From assembly GCA_900617105.1 (NCBI GenBank), contig UYFQ01000001.1, positions 496,001 through 560,000 on the forward strand: 64,000 bases of DNA, read 5' to 3'. The position numbers and the translations under genes are program-made. Source of the DNA: Hydrurus foetidus. Its lineage: Eukaryota. Below, in pieces: positions 41,064-51,775 of this stretch (the first letter of the stretch is position 1; each line of letters begins with the position of its first letter). Below the pieces are notes generated by a model that saw nothing but the letters and a program-made list of their open reading frames with translations, was not told the origin of the DNA and made no database searches.

Positions 41064-42065
41064 ATGAGTTTTTTCGCCATTTTGTTCGCTCTGCTGGTTG
41101 AGCAAGCCCGTCCTCTCGCTAACGGCAACTGGATCCACGCCGGTATGCGTGCTTGGGTGCGCTGGGTGGAGCGCAGTTTTGACACGGGTAAGCCGCACCA
41201 CGGCTGGTTGGCTTGGGTGATGGCCGTGTTGGTGCCTACTGCACTCAGTGTGGCCGTTTACTGGGCGCTCTGGCAGGTCAGCGTGGTGCTGGCGTTTGTG
41301 TGGAATGCCTGCGTGCTGTACGCCACGCTGGGTTTCAGGCAGTTCAGCCATTACTTCACCGACATCCGCGATGCGCTGGACACGGGCGACGAAGACAAGG
41401 CCCGCGAGTTGCTGGCGCAGTGGCAGCAGGTGCCTGTCAGCGATTTGCCTCGCAGTGAAATTGTGCGCCATGTGATCGAGTATTCCGTCTTGGCCGCACA
41501 CCGCCATGTGTTTGGCGTGTTGTGCTGCTTCTCGGTGTTGTCTGCTATCGGTTTAGGGCCAGCCGGTGCCATCGCTTACCGGTTGAGTGAGTTTGTCCAG
41601 CGCTACTGGGCCCACAAGCGCAAACGCCTGTCTCACCCCATCAGCCCGGCTTTGTTGAAGGCCGCCCGGATCAGTTGGCACGCACTGGATTACCTGCCTG
41701 CCCGCGCGACAGCCATTGGCTTTGCGGTGGTGGGCAGTTTTGAAGATGCCATTGACTACTGGCGCAACTATGCCCAGCGTTTTCCTGACGATAACGTCGG
41801 CGTAATTTTGGCTGCCACCTCGGGTGCTGTGAATGTGCGTCTGGGTGGTGAGGCGATGAGTGCGGCCTTCAAGCCCAATAGTTCACAGGGCTTCATGGCC
41901 GCAGGGGCATCGGGTGCCGCAGAGGCCAACCAAGGGAGTGAACCCACCCCAGGTCGCGAGCCTGAAATCGCCCATTTGGCGCAGGTGGTGGGCTTGGTGT
42001 GGCGTTCGGTGGTGCTGTGGATGGTGCTGCTGGCGCTGTTGACGTTGGCGCGTTTATTGGGTTGA
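41064..42065 (+). CDS. CobD/CbiB (AmpE-like) membrane protein
   Basis: LY.TLGFRQFSH, HRHVFG, LDYLPAR.TA..FAVVG. Confidence 0.8.
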   Translation: MSFFAILFALLVEQARPLANGNWIHAGMRAWVRWVERSFDTGKPHHGWLAWVMAVLVPTALSVAVYWALWQVSVVLAFVWNACVLYATLGFRQFSHYFTDIRDALDTGDEDKARELLAQWQQVPVSDLPRSEIVRHVIEYSVLAAHRHVFGVLCCFSVLSAIGLGPAGAIAYRLSEFVQRYWAHKRKRLSHPISPALLKAARISWHALDYLPARATAIGFAVVGSFEDAIDYWRNYAQRFPDDNVGVILAATSGAVNVRLGGEAMSAAFKPNSSQGFMAAGASGAAEANQGSEPTPGREPEIAHLAQVVGLVWRSVVLWMVLLALLTLARLLG

Positions 42066-42093
42066 ATCTGGACTGAGGCTGGGTTGAGCGGGG

Positions 42094-43086
42094 TCAGTAC
42101 CGCGTCTGCCCTAATTCTTCAAACAATTCACTGTAAATTTTATAGCGTGCTTCGCTGATAGAACCTGGTGAAACACCTGTTGTGACCTGTGCCATCACCG
42201 CACAGCCCGGTTCCTTGCGGTGGGTGCAGTTGTAAAAGCGGCACTCGGCGGTGTGGGGTTTGAAGTCGGGCATGCAGCCTGCCAATTGCATCGGTGCAAT
42301 GTGGTTCAAGCCAAACTCTTGGAACCCTGGGGAGTCAATCAACGCGCTGCGGGGCTGACCCTCAGCGCCTGCGTCCAGCCAATACCACGTTGTGCTGGTC
42401 GTGGTGTGTTTGCCTGAGTTCAAAGCGCGAGACACTTCACCGGTCAGCACAGAGGCTCCGGGCACGAGGCGGTTAATCAGACTGCTTTTGCCAGCGCCAG
42501 AGGGGCCAAGCACCAAAGTAGCACGGCCTTTCAGCTGCGCGAGCAAGTTGTCCAGCAAGACGCTGCCGGGGATGTTGTCTGATGCGGTATCAAGCCCTTC
42601 AACCGAATTTTTCAAGGCCAGCGGAAGCACCTCGTAGCCCATCGCCCGGTAGGGGGCCAGCTTGGCCCAGGCCCGTGTGAAGGGTTCGTGTAAATCGCGC
42701 TTGTTCAGCACGATCAGCGGCTGTATGCCTTCTGCTTCTGCGGCGATCAGTGCGCGGCTGAGCTGGCTTTCTGAGAACTCGGGGTCAGCGGCCACCAAAA
42801 TCAGCACGCGGTCGAGGTTGGCCGCAAACGATTTGGTGCGCAGCTCGTCTTGTCGGTAAAACAAATTGCGGCGTGTGTCCACTTTTTCCAAGATGCCTTC
42901 ATCCCCTTGACCGGGAGGAGGCGGTTGCCACTGCACCCTGTCGCCCACCACCGCGATGCTTTTCTTGCCGCGTGGGTGGCAGATGAGACGCTCGCCAGTG
43001 TCTGTTTCAACCAAGCAGTGCCGACCGTGGGCTGCGACGACCAAGCCACCGCGTCGCTCTGCGGCGTTCAGTTTGACGGCGCTCAT
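42094..43086 (-). CDS. rsgA: Ribosome small subunit-dependent GTPase A
   Basis: VGDRV, AANLD, NKRD, GPSGAGKSS, GKHTT, DSPG, CRFYNCTH..EPGC. Confidence 0.96.
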   Translation of the reverse strand: MSAVKLNAAERRGGLVVAAHGRHCLVETDTGERLICHPRGKKSIAVVGDRVQWQPPPPGQGDEGILEKVDTRRNLFYRQDELRTKSFAANLDRVLILVAADPEFSESQLSRALIAAEAEGIQPLIVLNKRDLHEPFTRAWAKLAPYRAMGYEVLPLALKNSVEGLDTASDNIPGSVLLDNLLAQLKGRATLVLGPSGAGKSSLINRLVPGASVLTGEVSRALNSGKHTTTSTTWYWLDAGAEGQPRSALIDSPGFQEFGLNHIAPMQLAGCMPDFKPHTAECRFYNCTHRKEPGCAVMAQVTTGVSPGSISEARYKIYSELFEELGQTRY

Positions 43087-43111
43087 GTGTGGACAGTCAA
43101 GGGGAGGGTGC

Positions 43112-43462
43112 TCATGCGATCAAGGCATCGGCTTTGGCCGCGCAGTCAAAGTCAGTTGCAGACAGGCCGCCCACATCGTGGGTGTTGAAGCGCACCACGC
43201 AGCGGTTGTAATGGACGGACAAATCAGGGTGATGGTCTTGCGCATTCACCACAAAGGCCAAGGCGTTGACGAATGAAATCGTCTCGTAGTAGTTGGCAAA
43301 GCGGAAGGTTTTTTCGATGGCCACATCGGCACCGTCGCCGGTCAGTTGCCAGCCTTCCAGTTTGGCCAAGGCACTGACGACCGCAGAGGCCCCCATTGCT
43401 TTGCGCGGGTGTTGTGCCCAGTCGATTTTTTTCAAGGTGTGGCTGGCGTTGGTGGCGGTCAT
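43112..43462 (-). CDS. phhB: Pterin-4-alpha-carbinolamine dehydratase
   Basis: DHHPD and THDVGGLS..DF.CA. Confidence 0.92.
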   Translation of the reverse strand: MTATNASHTLKKIDWAQHPRKAMGASAVVSALAKLEGWQLTGDGADVAIEKTFRFANYYETISFVNALAFVVNAQDHHPDLSVHYNRCVVRFNTHDVGGLSATDFDCAAKADALIA

Positions 43463-44763
43463 GGTGTGGCTCCGGCGGGGGCGGTGGAAAGGGTGGTGGC
43501 AGTCATGCGGGGCAGGCGCTCAGTGGCTGGGGGGTGGGAGTAGTAAAACTTCACAAACAAAGGGTCAGGGGTGAGCGTGGAGGCGTTGTCTTCGTAGAGC
43601 TTGAGCAGGGCCGCTGCCAAGTGCTGGCCGCTGGTCTGCGCCACGGCGTAGGCATCGGCCTGAAACTCGTGTTTGCGCGACAACTGTGCGGAGAGGGGGG
43701 AGATGAAAAAGCTGAACACGGGCATCGCCAGCATGAATAAAATCAAGGCCAGTGCATCGTTGCCACCGGCCATGTTGGGCTGCACGCCAAGGCCCGTGAA
43801 AAACCAGGTTTGGTTGGACAAATAACCCAGCAAAGCAAAGCCAGCCAAGCTGATGGCGAACATCATCACGATGCGTTGGACGATGTGTTTGTGCTTAAAG
43901 TGCCCCAGCTCATGGGCCAGCACCGCATCCACTTCATCGGGTGAAAGCTTTGCCAGCAGGGTGTCATAAAACACCACGCGCTTGGCGGCACCGAAGCCGG
44001 TGAAGTAGGCGTTGGCATGGGCGCTTCGCTTGCTGCCGTCCATGACGAACAAGCCCTTGGCGGAAAAGCCACAGCGCTGCATCAAGGCGGTCACGCGGGC
44101 TTTCAGCGTTTCGTCTTCTAAGGGCTGGAATTTATTGAACAGCGGGGCGATGAAGCTGGGGTACACCATCAGCAAGAGCAGGTTAAAGCCCATCCAAACC
44201 GCCCAAGCCCAGAACCACCACAATGGGCCAGTGGCGCCCATCACCCAGAGAATCAGCGCTGCAATCGGTAGGCCGATCACCGCACCGACGACGGCTGATT
44301 TGATGCCGTCCAGCAGCCACAGTTTGAAGGTGGTTTTGTTGAAGCCAAAACGCTCTTCCAGCACAAAAGTTTGGTACAGCGTGAGCGGTAAATCAATTAC
44401 CGTACCTACTGCGATAAAGCCCAGCAGCAAGCACAATTGAGCAACCAAGCCGGGTGCTTGCCAAGCCAATACCGCTTGGTTCAGCGCGTGCAGCCCGCCC
44501 AAGAGCGTCCAGCCCAGCAATACCCCTGTGCCCAAGGCCAACTCCAGCAGGCCCAAGCGGCCTTTGGCGATGGTGTAGTCCGCTGCTTTTTGGTGAGCTG
44601 TCAAGCTGATGGTGCTGGCGAATACGGGAGGCACCACACCCCGGTGCAGAGCGACATGGCGAATTTGCCGAGAAGCCAGCCAAAATTTAAGGCACAAGCC
44701 CAGCACCAAGGCCGCTGCGAAAGACAAGGTGAGGACGAGGGAGGGGGAATAAGTCGCGGTCAT
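43459..44763 (-). CDS. M48 family Ste24-like zinc metallopeptidase
   Basis: DGSKRS.HANAYF.G, AHELGH, EFQAD, YSHP. Confidence 0.93.
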   Translation of the reverse strand: MTATYSPSLVLTLSFAAALVLGLCLKFWLASRQIRHVALHRGVVPPVFASTISLTAHQKAADYTIAKGRLGLLELALGTGVLLGWTLLGGLHALNQAVLAWQAPGLVAQLCLLLGFIAVGTVIDLPLTLYQTFVLEERFGFNKTTFKLWLLDGIKSAVVGAVIGLPIAALILWVMGATGPLWWFWAWAVWMGFNLLLLMVYPSFIAPLFNKFQPLEDETLKARVTALMQRCGFSAKGLFVMDGSKRSAHANAYFTGFGAAKRVVFYDTLLAKLSPDEVDAVLAHELGHFKHKHIVQRIVMMFAISLAGFALLGYLSNQTWFFTGLGVQPNMAGGNDALALILFMLAMPVFSFFISPLSAQLSRKHEFQADAYAVAQTSGQHLAAALLKLYEDNASTLTPDPLFVKFYYSHPPATERLPRMTATTLSTAPAGATP

Positions 44764-44812
44764 AGGGGGTGGAGTTTAGGGGAAGGGCGCTGCATCGGTG
44801 AAAATGGCGCTT

Positions 44813-45418
44813 ATGACCGAGATAACAAGCCCCGCCTCCGCCCTTTCCTCCCCCGTTTCAGTGCCCGTATTGGCCAAATCCGACAACAACCTGGTGTGGA
44901 TCGACTGTGAAATGACAGGCCTAGAGCCTGACACGGATCGCCTGATCGAAATTGCCGTCATCGTTACAAATGCCAACCTCGATGTGCGCATCGAAGGCCC
45001 GGTGCTGGCGATCTATCAAAGTGACGAGGTGCTGGGCAAAATGGACGCTTGGAACAAAGGCACGCATGGTCGCAGTGGTTTGATTGAGAAAGTCAAAGCT
45101 TCGACCGTCTCTGAAGCCGATGCCGAAGCGCAAATTTTGGCTTTTCTGGTCAAGTACCTGCCCAAGGGGAAGTCTCCGCTGTGTGGCAACACCATCAGCC
45201 AAGACCGGCGCTTCTTGGTGCGTTATATGCCTAAGCTGGATGCGTTTTTCCACTACCGCAATATTGATGTCAGTACCCTCAAAGAATTGGCCAAACGCTG
45301 GCGGCCCGAGGTGTACAGCGGGTTTAAGAAAGCGCAAAAGCACACGGCGCTGGCCGATGTGCATGAGTCGATTGCCGAGTTGGAATACTACCGCGAGCGC
45401 TTTTTGAAGATGGTGTGA
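44813..45418 (+). CDS. orn: Oligoribonuclease
   Basis: [40 protein letters not shown]. Confidence 0.96.
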   Translation: MTEITSPASALSSPVSVPVLAKSDNNLVWIDCEMTGLEPDTDRLIEIAVIVTNANLDVRIEGPVLAIYQSDEVLGKMDAWNKGTHGRSGLIEKVKASTVSEADAEAQILAFLVKYLPKGKSPLCGNTISQDRRFLVRYMPKLDAFFHYRNIDVSTLKELAKRWRPEVYSGFKKAQKHTALADVHESIAELEYYRERFLKMV

Positions 45419-45715
45419 CAGAGGCTGAGTCCGTCTGTGTTTTGCGCAGGTTTAGAGGCTTCACCCCAAGTTAAACCCTCAGTGATTAGGTGAAAACCCG
45501 AATCCATGCCATAATCGAAGGCTGCACTGCACAACGCATTGCACATGTGCATCTCCCTTCACACTCCTGGCTCATTGTTAAGAGCCACTCTGTTGTCAGC
45601 GCTGTTGTCTTAAGACTTCACCACAGACACCGAGCTTCGTTTGATGGTTGATGTCTTATTAACCACTGACGAAGGCTGTTGCACGCAAAGTGCGGCACCT
45701 GCGTGTGAGAGTTTT

Positions 45716-47671
45716 ATGACCGACGCTTTTGACGTATCGGGCGACTTTACGCCTGAAAATTTTGTTGCTGATACCGCATCTGACAACATTTCCTCTGATC
45801 ACTCCGATTTTTCCCACCAAGGCAACGTGGCTCAAGCACCTGCTGACGCTGAAATGGCACAGGCTGACGATGCTGTAGTCGCACCTGCTGAGCCTAACGG
45901 CTTTGAGTTGCTGGGCTTGGCTCCTGAGTTGTTGGCTGCCATTGCTGAGTTGGGTTTCACCCAGCCCACCAGCGTGCAGCTGGCCACCATCCCCAAGGCT
46001 TTGCCGGGCGAAGGTGTGAACGGTGAAGCCAAGCGCTTTATCGACTTGATGGTCTCCAGCCAGACCGGTAGCGGCAAAACCGCAGCCTTCTTGTTGCCCG
46101 TGCTGCACACCCTGCTCAAGCAACAATCAGATGCTGAAGCTGAAACCCGCGCTGAATGGGACCGTTTGGTCGCTGACGCTGCCGCCAAGGGCGAAGCGCC
46201 TCCTAAGCGCCCCAAGCGCAAAGACCCGACCAGCACCCGTAACTTCAAAGCCGCTACCCCTGGCGCGTTGATCGTTTGCCCAACCCGCGAACTGGCCCAG
46301 CAAGTCGCTAATGACGCGATTGATTTGGTTCGCCATTGCCGTGGTCTGCGCATTGCCAACGTGGTGGGCGGCATGCCTTACCAGTTGCAAATTGCCAAGC
46401 TGCAAAATGCTGACCTCGTGGTCGCTACCCCTGGACGTTTGCTCGATCTGCAACGCTCACAGCAGCTCAAGCTTGACCAAGTGAAATTCTTGGTAGTTGA
46501 CGAAGCCGACCGCATGTTGGATTTGGGTTTCTCCGACGATTTGGCCGAAATCAACCAGTTGACCATCGAGCGTCAGCAAACCATGATGTTCAGCGCCACC
46601 TTCGCGCCACGCATTCAGCAACTGGCCGCCCGCGTGATGCGTCAGCCAGAGCGTTTGCAAATCGACAGCCCACAAGAAAAGCACAGCAACATCAAGCAAG
46701 TGCTGTTCTGGGCAGACAACGCGCACCACAAGCGCAAGTTGCTCGACCACTGGTTGCGCGACACCACCATCAACCAAGCCATTGTGTTTGCCAGCACCCA
46801 AATTGAGTGCGACGGTTTGGCCAATGATTTGCAGCAAGAAGGTTTCAGTGCCGTTGCCCTGCACGGTGCTCTGAGCCAAGGCTTGCGTAACCGCCGTCTG
46901 ATGGCGTTGCGCCAAGGTCAAGTGCAAATTTTGGTGGCAACCGATGTGGCCGCTCGCGGCATTGATGTGCCCACAGTGACCCACGTGTTCAACTTTGGCT
47001 TGCCGATGAAAGCTGAAGACTACACCCACCGTATTGGCCGTACAGGGCGTGCTGGGCGTGATGGTCTTGCTATCACTTTTGCAGAATTCCGCGATCGCCG
47101 CAAGATTTTTGATATCGAAGCGTACACCCGCCAGCCTATCAAGTCCGAGACGATTCCTGGTTTGGAGCCTCAGCAGCGCCAGCCTGACTCACGTCCTCGC
47201 ACCGGCGGCTACGGTGGTGGTGGTCGCGAACAGCCTTCGCGTGAACGCAAGTTCGGCGGCCCAGCCCGTGGTGCTTCTGAAGGCCGTGGTTTCGGCGGCG
47301 GACACGGCGGTTTTGGTGGCAACAACGGCAACCACGGCGGTGGTCATTTCAGTGGTCACGGCAACAATAACAACCAAGGTGGCGGCTTCGGCGGTCACTC
47401 GGAGGGCCGCTCTGACAACAACCGTTCCGAAGGTCGTTTCGGAGGCAATGGCGACCGTGCTGATGCGTTCGTGCCACGCGGTGAGGCTTTTGCACCTCGC
47501 GGCGGCGAGAACTTCGCTCCTCGCGGTGAATCGTTTGCCCCACGCGGTGACGCGCCACGTCGTCCCAGCTTTGGTGCGCCAGCGCGTCCAGGCCCAGGCG
47601 GCACTGGCCCTAAAGTGTTTGTGCCCCGTGATGCAGCCAAGCGCCGCGCAGCCAAGCCACCGATGCGGTAA
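45716..47671 (+). CDS. DEAD-box RNA helicase (RhlE/DeaD-like)
   Basis: QTGSGKT, PTRELA, TPGR, DEAD, SAT, ARGID, HRIGRTGRAG; Gly/Arg-rich tail. Confidence 0.95.
   Translation: MTDAFDVSGDFTPENFVADTASDNISSDHSDFSHQGNVAQAPADAEMAQADDAVVAPAEPNGFELLGLAPELLAAIAELGFTQPTSVQLATIPKALPGEGVNGEAKRFIDLMVSSQTGSGKTAAFLLPVLHTLLKQQSDAEAETRAEWDRLVADAAAKGEAPPKRPKRKDPTSTRNFKAATPGALIVCPTRELAQQVANDAIDLVRHCRGLRIANVVGGMPYQLQIAKLQNADLVVATPGRLLDLQRSQQLKLDQVKFLVVDEADRMLDLGFSDDLAEINQLTIERQQTMMFSATFAPRIQQLAARVMRQPERLQIDSPQEKHSNIKQVLFWADNAHHKRKLLDHWLRDTTINQAIVFASTQIECDGLANDLQQEGFSAVALHGALSQGLRNRRLMALRQGQVQILVATDVAARGIDVPTVTHVFNFGLPMKAEDYTHRIGRTGRAGRDGLAITFAEFRDRRKIFDIEAYTRQPIKSETIPGLEPQQRQPDSRPRTGGYGGGGREQPSRERKFGGPARGASEGRGFGGGHGGFGGNNGNHGGGHFSGHGNNNNQGGGFGGHSEGRSDNNRSEGRFGGNGDRADAFVPRGEAFAPRGGENFAPRGESFAPRGDAPRRPSFGAPARPGPGGTGPKVFVPRDAAKRRAAKPPMR
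47466..47550 (+). repeat. Coding tandem repeat F-(A/V)-P-R-G x4
   Basis: FVPRGEA FAPRGGEN FAPRGES FAPRGD, 21-24 bp period. Confidence 0.7.
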
Positions 47672-47731
47672 AAATCACCGCTCGCACGGCAGTCTGCCAA
47701 AGCAGCCTGACCGTGGGAACCGATGAACATC

Positions 47732-47767
47732 AAAAAAGCGCAGAAGATTCGTCTTCTGCGCTTTTTT
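47732..47767. terminator. Bidirectional intrinsic terminator
   Basis: AAAAAAGCGCAGAAGA-TTCG-TCTTCTGCGCTTTTTT. Confidence 0.93.
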
Positions 47768-47789
47768 TACGTTTGCGCTTTACACAAGA

Positions 47790-47922
47790 GCAGCCAGTGA
47801 TCACTGCCATAGCCATCCAACCGGCAAACCAGTTTTTCAGGTTGCCCAATTCACGTCAGTGCCGCCATGATGGGGGCGGAAATCACGCCACTGACGATCG
47901 CGCCCCACCCCAGCGCTTGAAT
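47790..47922 (-). pseudogene. Possible remnant of an NRAMP-like transporter C-terminus
   Basis: Minus strand reads IQALGWGAIVSGVISAPIMAALT-stop, then GWMAMAV in another frame; no start; recognition from memory only. Confidence 0.35.
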
Positions 47923-47925
47923 TTT

Positions 47926-49704
47926 TTAGCAGCTTTTTGCGTTGACCGCCGCTGCCGCCATCACCCGCAAATCAGGTTTGTAAATTTTGCCCACATTGGT
48001 CATGGGCATGGTGTCCAGAATCGTCACTGATTTGGGCCGTGCAGGCGGCTCATCGACGCGCTCACTCACAAAGGCCAGTAACTCCGCTTCCGTCACGCTG
48101 GCACCCGGAATCAATGTGGCAAACACCACGGGCAACTCGCCCGCATAGGCATCGGGCGCACCCACGGCGGCGCACAGCTGCACGGCGGGGTGGGCTCCCA
48201 GGGCATCTTCAATGGTTTTGGGGTCGATGTTATGGCCACCTCGGATGATGAGGTCTTTGGAGCGACCACTGAGGTGCAAACGACCATGCGCGTCCATGAA
48301 GCCCAAATCGCCAGTGGCCAGCCAGCCGTCAGCGGTGAAGGCGCGGGCTGTGTCTTCGGCGTCGAGAAAACCAGGGAACACGTTGGGCGACCTGAACAGC
48401 AGCATGCCCTGGGTGCCGGGTGGCACATCGTTATCGCTGGCCCCGCCTGTCTCGTCGAGGGCCACGATGCGAACGCGGCCAAACGGCACAGCGAAGCCCA
48501 CACAGCCTGCTGGCCCCACCACGCCGGGTGGGGTGACGCTGGAGATGCCCGCCATCTCGGTCATGCCCAGGCTTTCATGCACATGCAGGCCGAACTGGCG
48601 CTCGAAGCGGGCTGACAACTCGGGCGGTAGCGGTGCCGCGCCGGTGCGGCAGTAGCGCAGCGATGAAATATCAGCATTACCGATGGGTACATTCGCCAGT
48701 GCAGCCAGCACCGTGGGCACGCCGGACAAGGTGGTGGCGCGGTACTTTTCGACCAAGCGCCAGTAGTTCGCCACCACCTCGCGGTTGCGCATCAGGGCCG
48801 TGGTGGGGATTACCGTTTCAGCGCCTGCGGCAAAGGTGGACAGTGAGGCGGCCAACACCCCAGCGACGTGGAACAGCGGGTAGCCGTTGATGGACACATC
48901 CGTCGCCAAAATGCCATGCATCATCACGCTGGCCCAGGCGGTGAACACCTGGTTGCCGTGGCTGTGGCGGGCCAGTTTGGGTGCACCCGTGGTGCCTCCG
49001 GTATGGAAGTAGGCGGCGATGTCGTTGGGTGCGATGCTGCGCTGGCTCAACAGGCGGTCAGCGGGTTGGGCGTGGCGCAGGGTGGTGAAATCGGCGACGC
49101 CTGCGGACAAGGGGCCAACGCTGCCGGGGATTTCGTCATGCGGGGCAACGCGCAGCAGCGTGGTGAGGGTGGGCACTTGGCTGCGCAGGCGCAGGGCTTT
49201 TTGCCACATGTCAGAGTCAGCATCATTCCCCGTGGTTTTACCGTAGGCGATCAGCACCTTGGCGCGGGCGACCGTCATCAGCGAAACCAGCTTTTCATCG
49301 GTCAGCAGCGGGTTCAACGGTTGCACGATGCCTGCGGCGGATCCTCCCCAGAGGGCGAGGTGGTAGTCCAGGCAACCCGGCAGAAGCACGGCCACGGCGT
49401 CACCGGGGCCAACACCCAGGCTGTGCAGCAGGTTGGCGGTTTGGTGGATGCCCGCGAGCAGCTCGGCATACGACCAGCGGATGGGCGTGTCGGCGGGGTT
49501 GGCGGTGGGCAGGAAGGTCAGCGCGGTTTTGTCGCCAAACGCATGGGCTGAGTTGCGAAAAATTTCGTAGGTGCTGCGCACCGTGAGGGCGGTGGCTAGC
49601 GGAATCTCTTCCAGCTTTTGAACATCCGCCGCGCTGCGGATGGGGAAGCGTGGGGCAAAAGGGGCGGCAAGCGGTGGCGAAAGCGGGGCAGTGCTGTTGG
49701 GCAT
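47926..49704 (-). CDS. AMP-binding acyl-CoA synthetase
   Basis: YFHTGGTTGAPK, LGMTE, TGDLG, GRSKDLIIRGGHNIDP, VGKIYK; AGGAG RBS before ATG 49704. Confidence 0.92.
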   Translation of the reverse strand: MPNSTAPLSPPLAAPFAPRFPIRSAADVQKLEEIPLATALTVRSTYEIFRNSAHAFGDKTALTFLPTANPADTPIRWSYAELLAGIHQTANLLHSLGVGPGDAVAVLLPGCLDYHLALWGGSAAGIVQPLNPLLTDEKLVSLMTVARAKVLIAYGKTTGNDADSDMWQKALRLRSQVPTLTTLLRVAPHDEIPGSVGPLSAGVADFTTLRHAQPADRLLSQRSIAPNDIAAYFHTGGTTGAPKLARHSHGNQVFTAWASVMMHGILATDVSINGYPLFHVAGVLAASLSTFAAGAETVIPTTALMRNREVVANYWRLVEKYRATTLSGVPTVLAALANVPIGNADISSLRYCRTGAAPLPPELSARFERQFGLHVHESLGMTEMAGISSVTPPGVVGPAGCVGFAVPFGRVRIVALDETGGASDNDVPPGTQGMLLFRSPNVFPGFLDAEDTARAFTADGWLATGDLGFMDAHGRLHLSGRSKDLIIRGGHNIDPKTIEDALGAHPAVQLCAAVGAPDAYAGELPVVFATLIPGASVTEAELLAFVSERVDEPPARPKSVTILDTMPMTNVGKIYKPDLRVMAAAAVNAKSC

Positions 49705-49882
49705 GTGGGGGTGTCTCCTCAAAAGACCCCCATTTTTCACCTAAACCGGTGCGGCGTGTTTGCCCGGTGTGCGGGAAGTGACCCCTGCATGACAGCTAGG
49801 CCGCTTGAACCGTGTCGCCCACCAAGGCTGTGAGGGCCACATGCGCATCCGCCTGCATCGTGGTAATGGCGGTGATAAAGGT

Positions 49883-50839
49883 TTAAAACGGTGCGTCAGC
49901 AGCAGGCGTGTCGCCAGCGGCATTCACAGGGGCATCCGTAGAAATTTCCGTCGCATGGGCTTCAGCTTTGCTTTGCGCTGCACTGCCCACCGACACCGTA
50001 CCTTGGCGCACGGTGGCTTTTTCGCCTGCGGTGGCGAATTTGCTGTACTTGCTGAACATGGGGGCCATCAAACCGTAGATTTTTGGGCTGGCGGCCATGC
50101 ATTCTTTTTGGTCTAAAAAGTCGGATTCACCGGTGAAGTTACCGATCAAGCCACCGGCTTCTGTCACCAAGAGCGAGCCTGCAGCCACATCCCAAGGCGA
50201 GAGACCGGCTTCAAAAAAACCGTCGGTAAAGCCCGCTGCCAAGTAGGCCAAATCGAGCGCAGCGGCACCGGGGCGGCGCAGTCCGGCTACTTTGGGCATG
50301 ATGTCGCCCATCATCGCCATGTAGCCCGCAAAGTTGTCACCGGGGCGGAAAGGGAAGCCGGTGGAGATCAGGCAATCGGCCAAGCGGATGCGTTTGGAGA
50401 CACGGATGCGGCGGTCGTTCATGAACGCGCCACGGCCTTTGCTGGCGGTGAAGAGGTCGTTTCTTGTGGGGTCAAACACCACAGCTTGCTCGATTTTGCC
50501 GCGCACCGACAAGGCGATGCTCACGCAGTAAACCGGGAAACCGTGGATGAAATTGGTTGTGCCGTCCAACGGGTCAATGATCCATACGCACTCTGAATCT
50601 TTGGCACCATGCTCAGAACCCGACTCTTCGGCCAGAATGCCGTGGCCAGGGTAGGCGGCGAGCAGGGTTTCGATGATGACCTTTTCGGCGGCTTGGTCTA
50701 CCTCAGTCACATAATCGTTGATCTGCTTTTGCGAGATGCGAACGGCTTCCACGTCAATGGCGGCGCGGTTGATGATGGCGCCAGCGGCGCGTGCGGCCTT
50801 GGTGGCCACGTTAAGCATGGGGTGCAGATTGGACGACAT
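49883..50839 (-). CDS. suhB: Inositol monophosphatase SuhB
   Basis: [30 protein letters not shown]; divergent from trmJ. Confidence 0.94.
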   Translation of the reverse strand: MSSNLHPMLNVATKAARAAGAIINRAAIDVEAVRISQKQINDYVTEVDQAAEKVIIETLLAAYPGHGILAEESGSEHGAKDSECVWIIDPLDGTTNFIHGFPVYCVSIALSVRGKIEQAVVFDPTRNDLFTASKGRGAFMNDRRIRVSKRIRLADCLISTGFPFRPGDNFAGYMAMMGDIMPKVAGLRRPGAAALDLAYLAAGFTDGFFEAGLSPWDVAAGSLLVTEAGGLIGNFTGESDFLDQKECMAASPKIYGLMAPMFSKYSKFATAGEKATVRQGTVSVGSAAQSKAEAHATEISTDAPVNAAGDTPAADAPF

Positions 50840-50962
50840 AAATTGTGTGATGAGCAAAGAATTCCGACCCGACGATGCGGCGGCGACAATCTGGGATTTT
50901 ACCGTGACCTTAGGGTACACGCTGAAATTTCAAATCCCAACCCTCCATTGGCTTAAATCCTC

Positions 50963-51739
50963 TTGAAAACCCGTTTTATTTTGATCAACGTCAGCCACGC
51001 TGGCAACGTCGGTGCCACCGCCCGCGCCATGAAAGTCATGGGTTTTGACGAGCTGGTGCTGGTCGCCCCGCGCTGGCCCAATGTGTTGCGGCGCGAGGAA
51101 ACCATCCAGCGCAGCAGCGGGGCTTTGGACGTGTTGGGCAACGCCCGTATCGTCGAAACCCTGGACGAAGCGCTGGACGGCATGACCCACCTGTGCGCCA
51201 CAGCCATGACCCCACGCGATTTTGGCCCCCCCACCGTAGCTCCTCGCCCACATTTTGAAATGCTATCGAAAGAAGAGCGCTCCGTGGCGTTCTTGTTTGG
51301 CTCTGAGCGGTTTGGTATGCGTAATGAAGACGTTTACCGTTGCCACGCGGCGTTAAGCATCCCCACCAATCCGCAGTTTGGCTCACTCAATTTAGGTGCA
51401 GCAGTCCAGCTGATCGCCTACGAGTGGCGGCTGGCTTTGGGGGGCTTTCCCGTGCAGAGTCCCAGCACCACCAACCTGCGTGCAGATGCGGTGGCTGTGC
51501 AGGGAATGCTACAACATTGGGAGCAAACGCTGGTCAATGTGGGCTTCCTAGACCCCGCTGCGCCTAAGAAGCTGATGCCCCGCCTCAACCAGCTGGTCAA
51601 CCGGGCACAGTTAACGCCCGAGGAAATTCACATCCTGCGCGGTGTGGCGAAAGCAGTGGCCAAGCGCTGTGGCCCAGAGGTTGTCACGCAAGCTGGTGCC
51701 TTGACACCGGCCCCCACGTCCCCATCTGAATTGCCCTAA
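50963..51739 (+). CDS. trmJ: SPOUT tRNA methyltransferase TrmJ
   Basis: SHAGNVGATARAMK.MG, FGSERFG, IPTNP.FGSLNL..AV, ILRG; suhB-trmJ-cysE synteny. Confidence 0.9.
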   Translation: MKTRFILINVSHAGNVGATARAMKVMGFDELVLVAPRWPNVLRREETIQRSSGALDVLGNARIVETLDEALDGMTHLCATAMTPRDFGPPTVAPRPHFEMLSKEERSVAFLFGSERFGMRNEDVYRCHAALSIPTNPQFGSLNLGAAVQLIAYEWRLALGGFPVQSPSTTNLRADAVAVQGMLQHWEQTLVNVGFLDPAAPKKLMPRLNQLVNRAQLTPEEIHILRGVAKAVAKRCGPEVVTQAGALTPAPTSPSELP

Positions 51740-51775
51740 GCACTGTAAACACTGATAAGAATTGAGATTTCCGCT

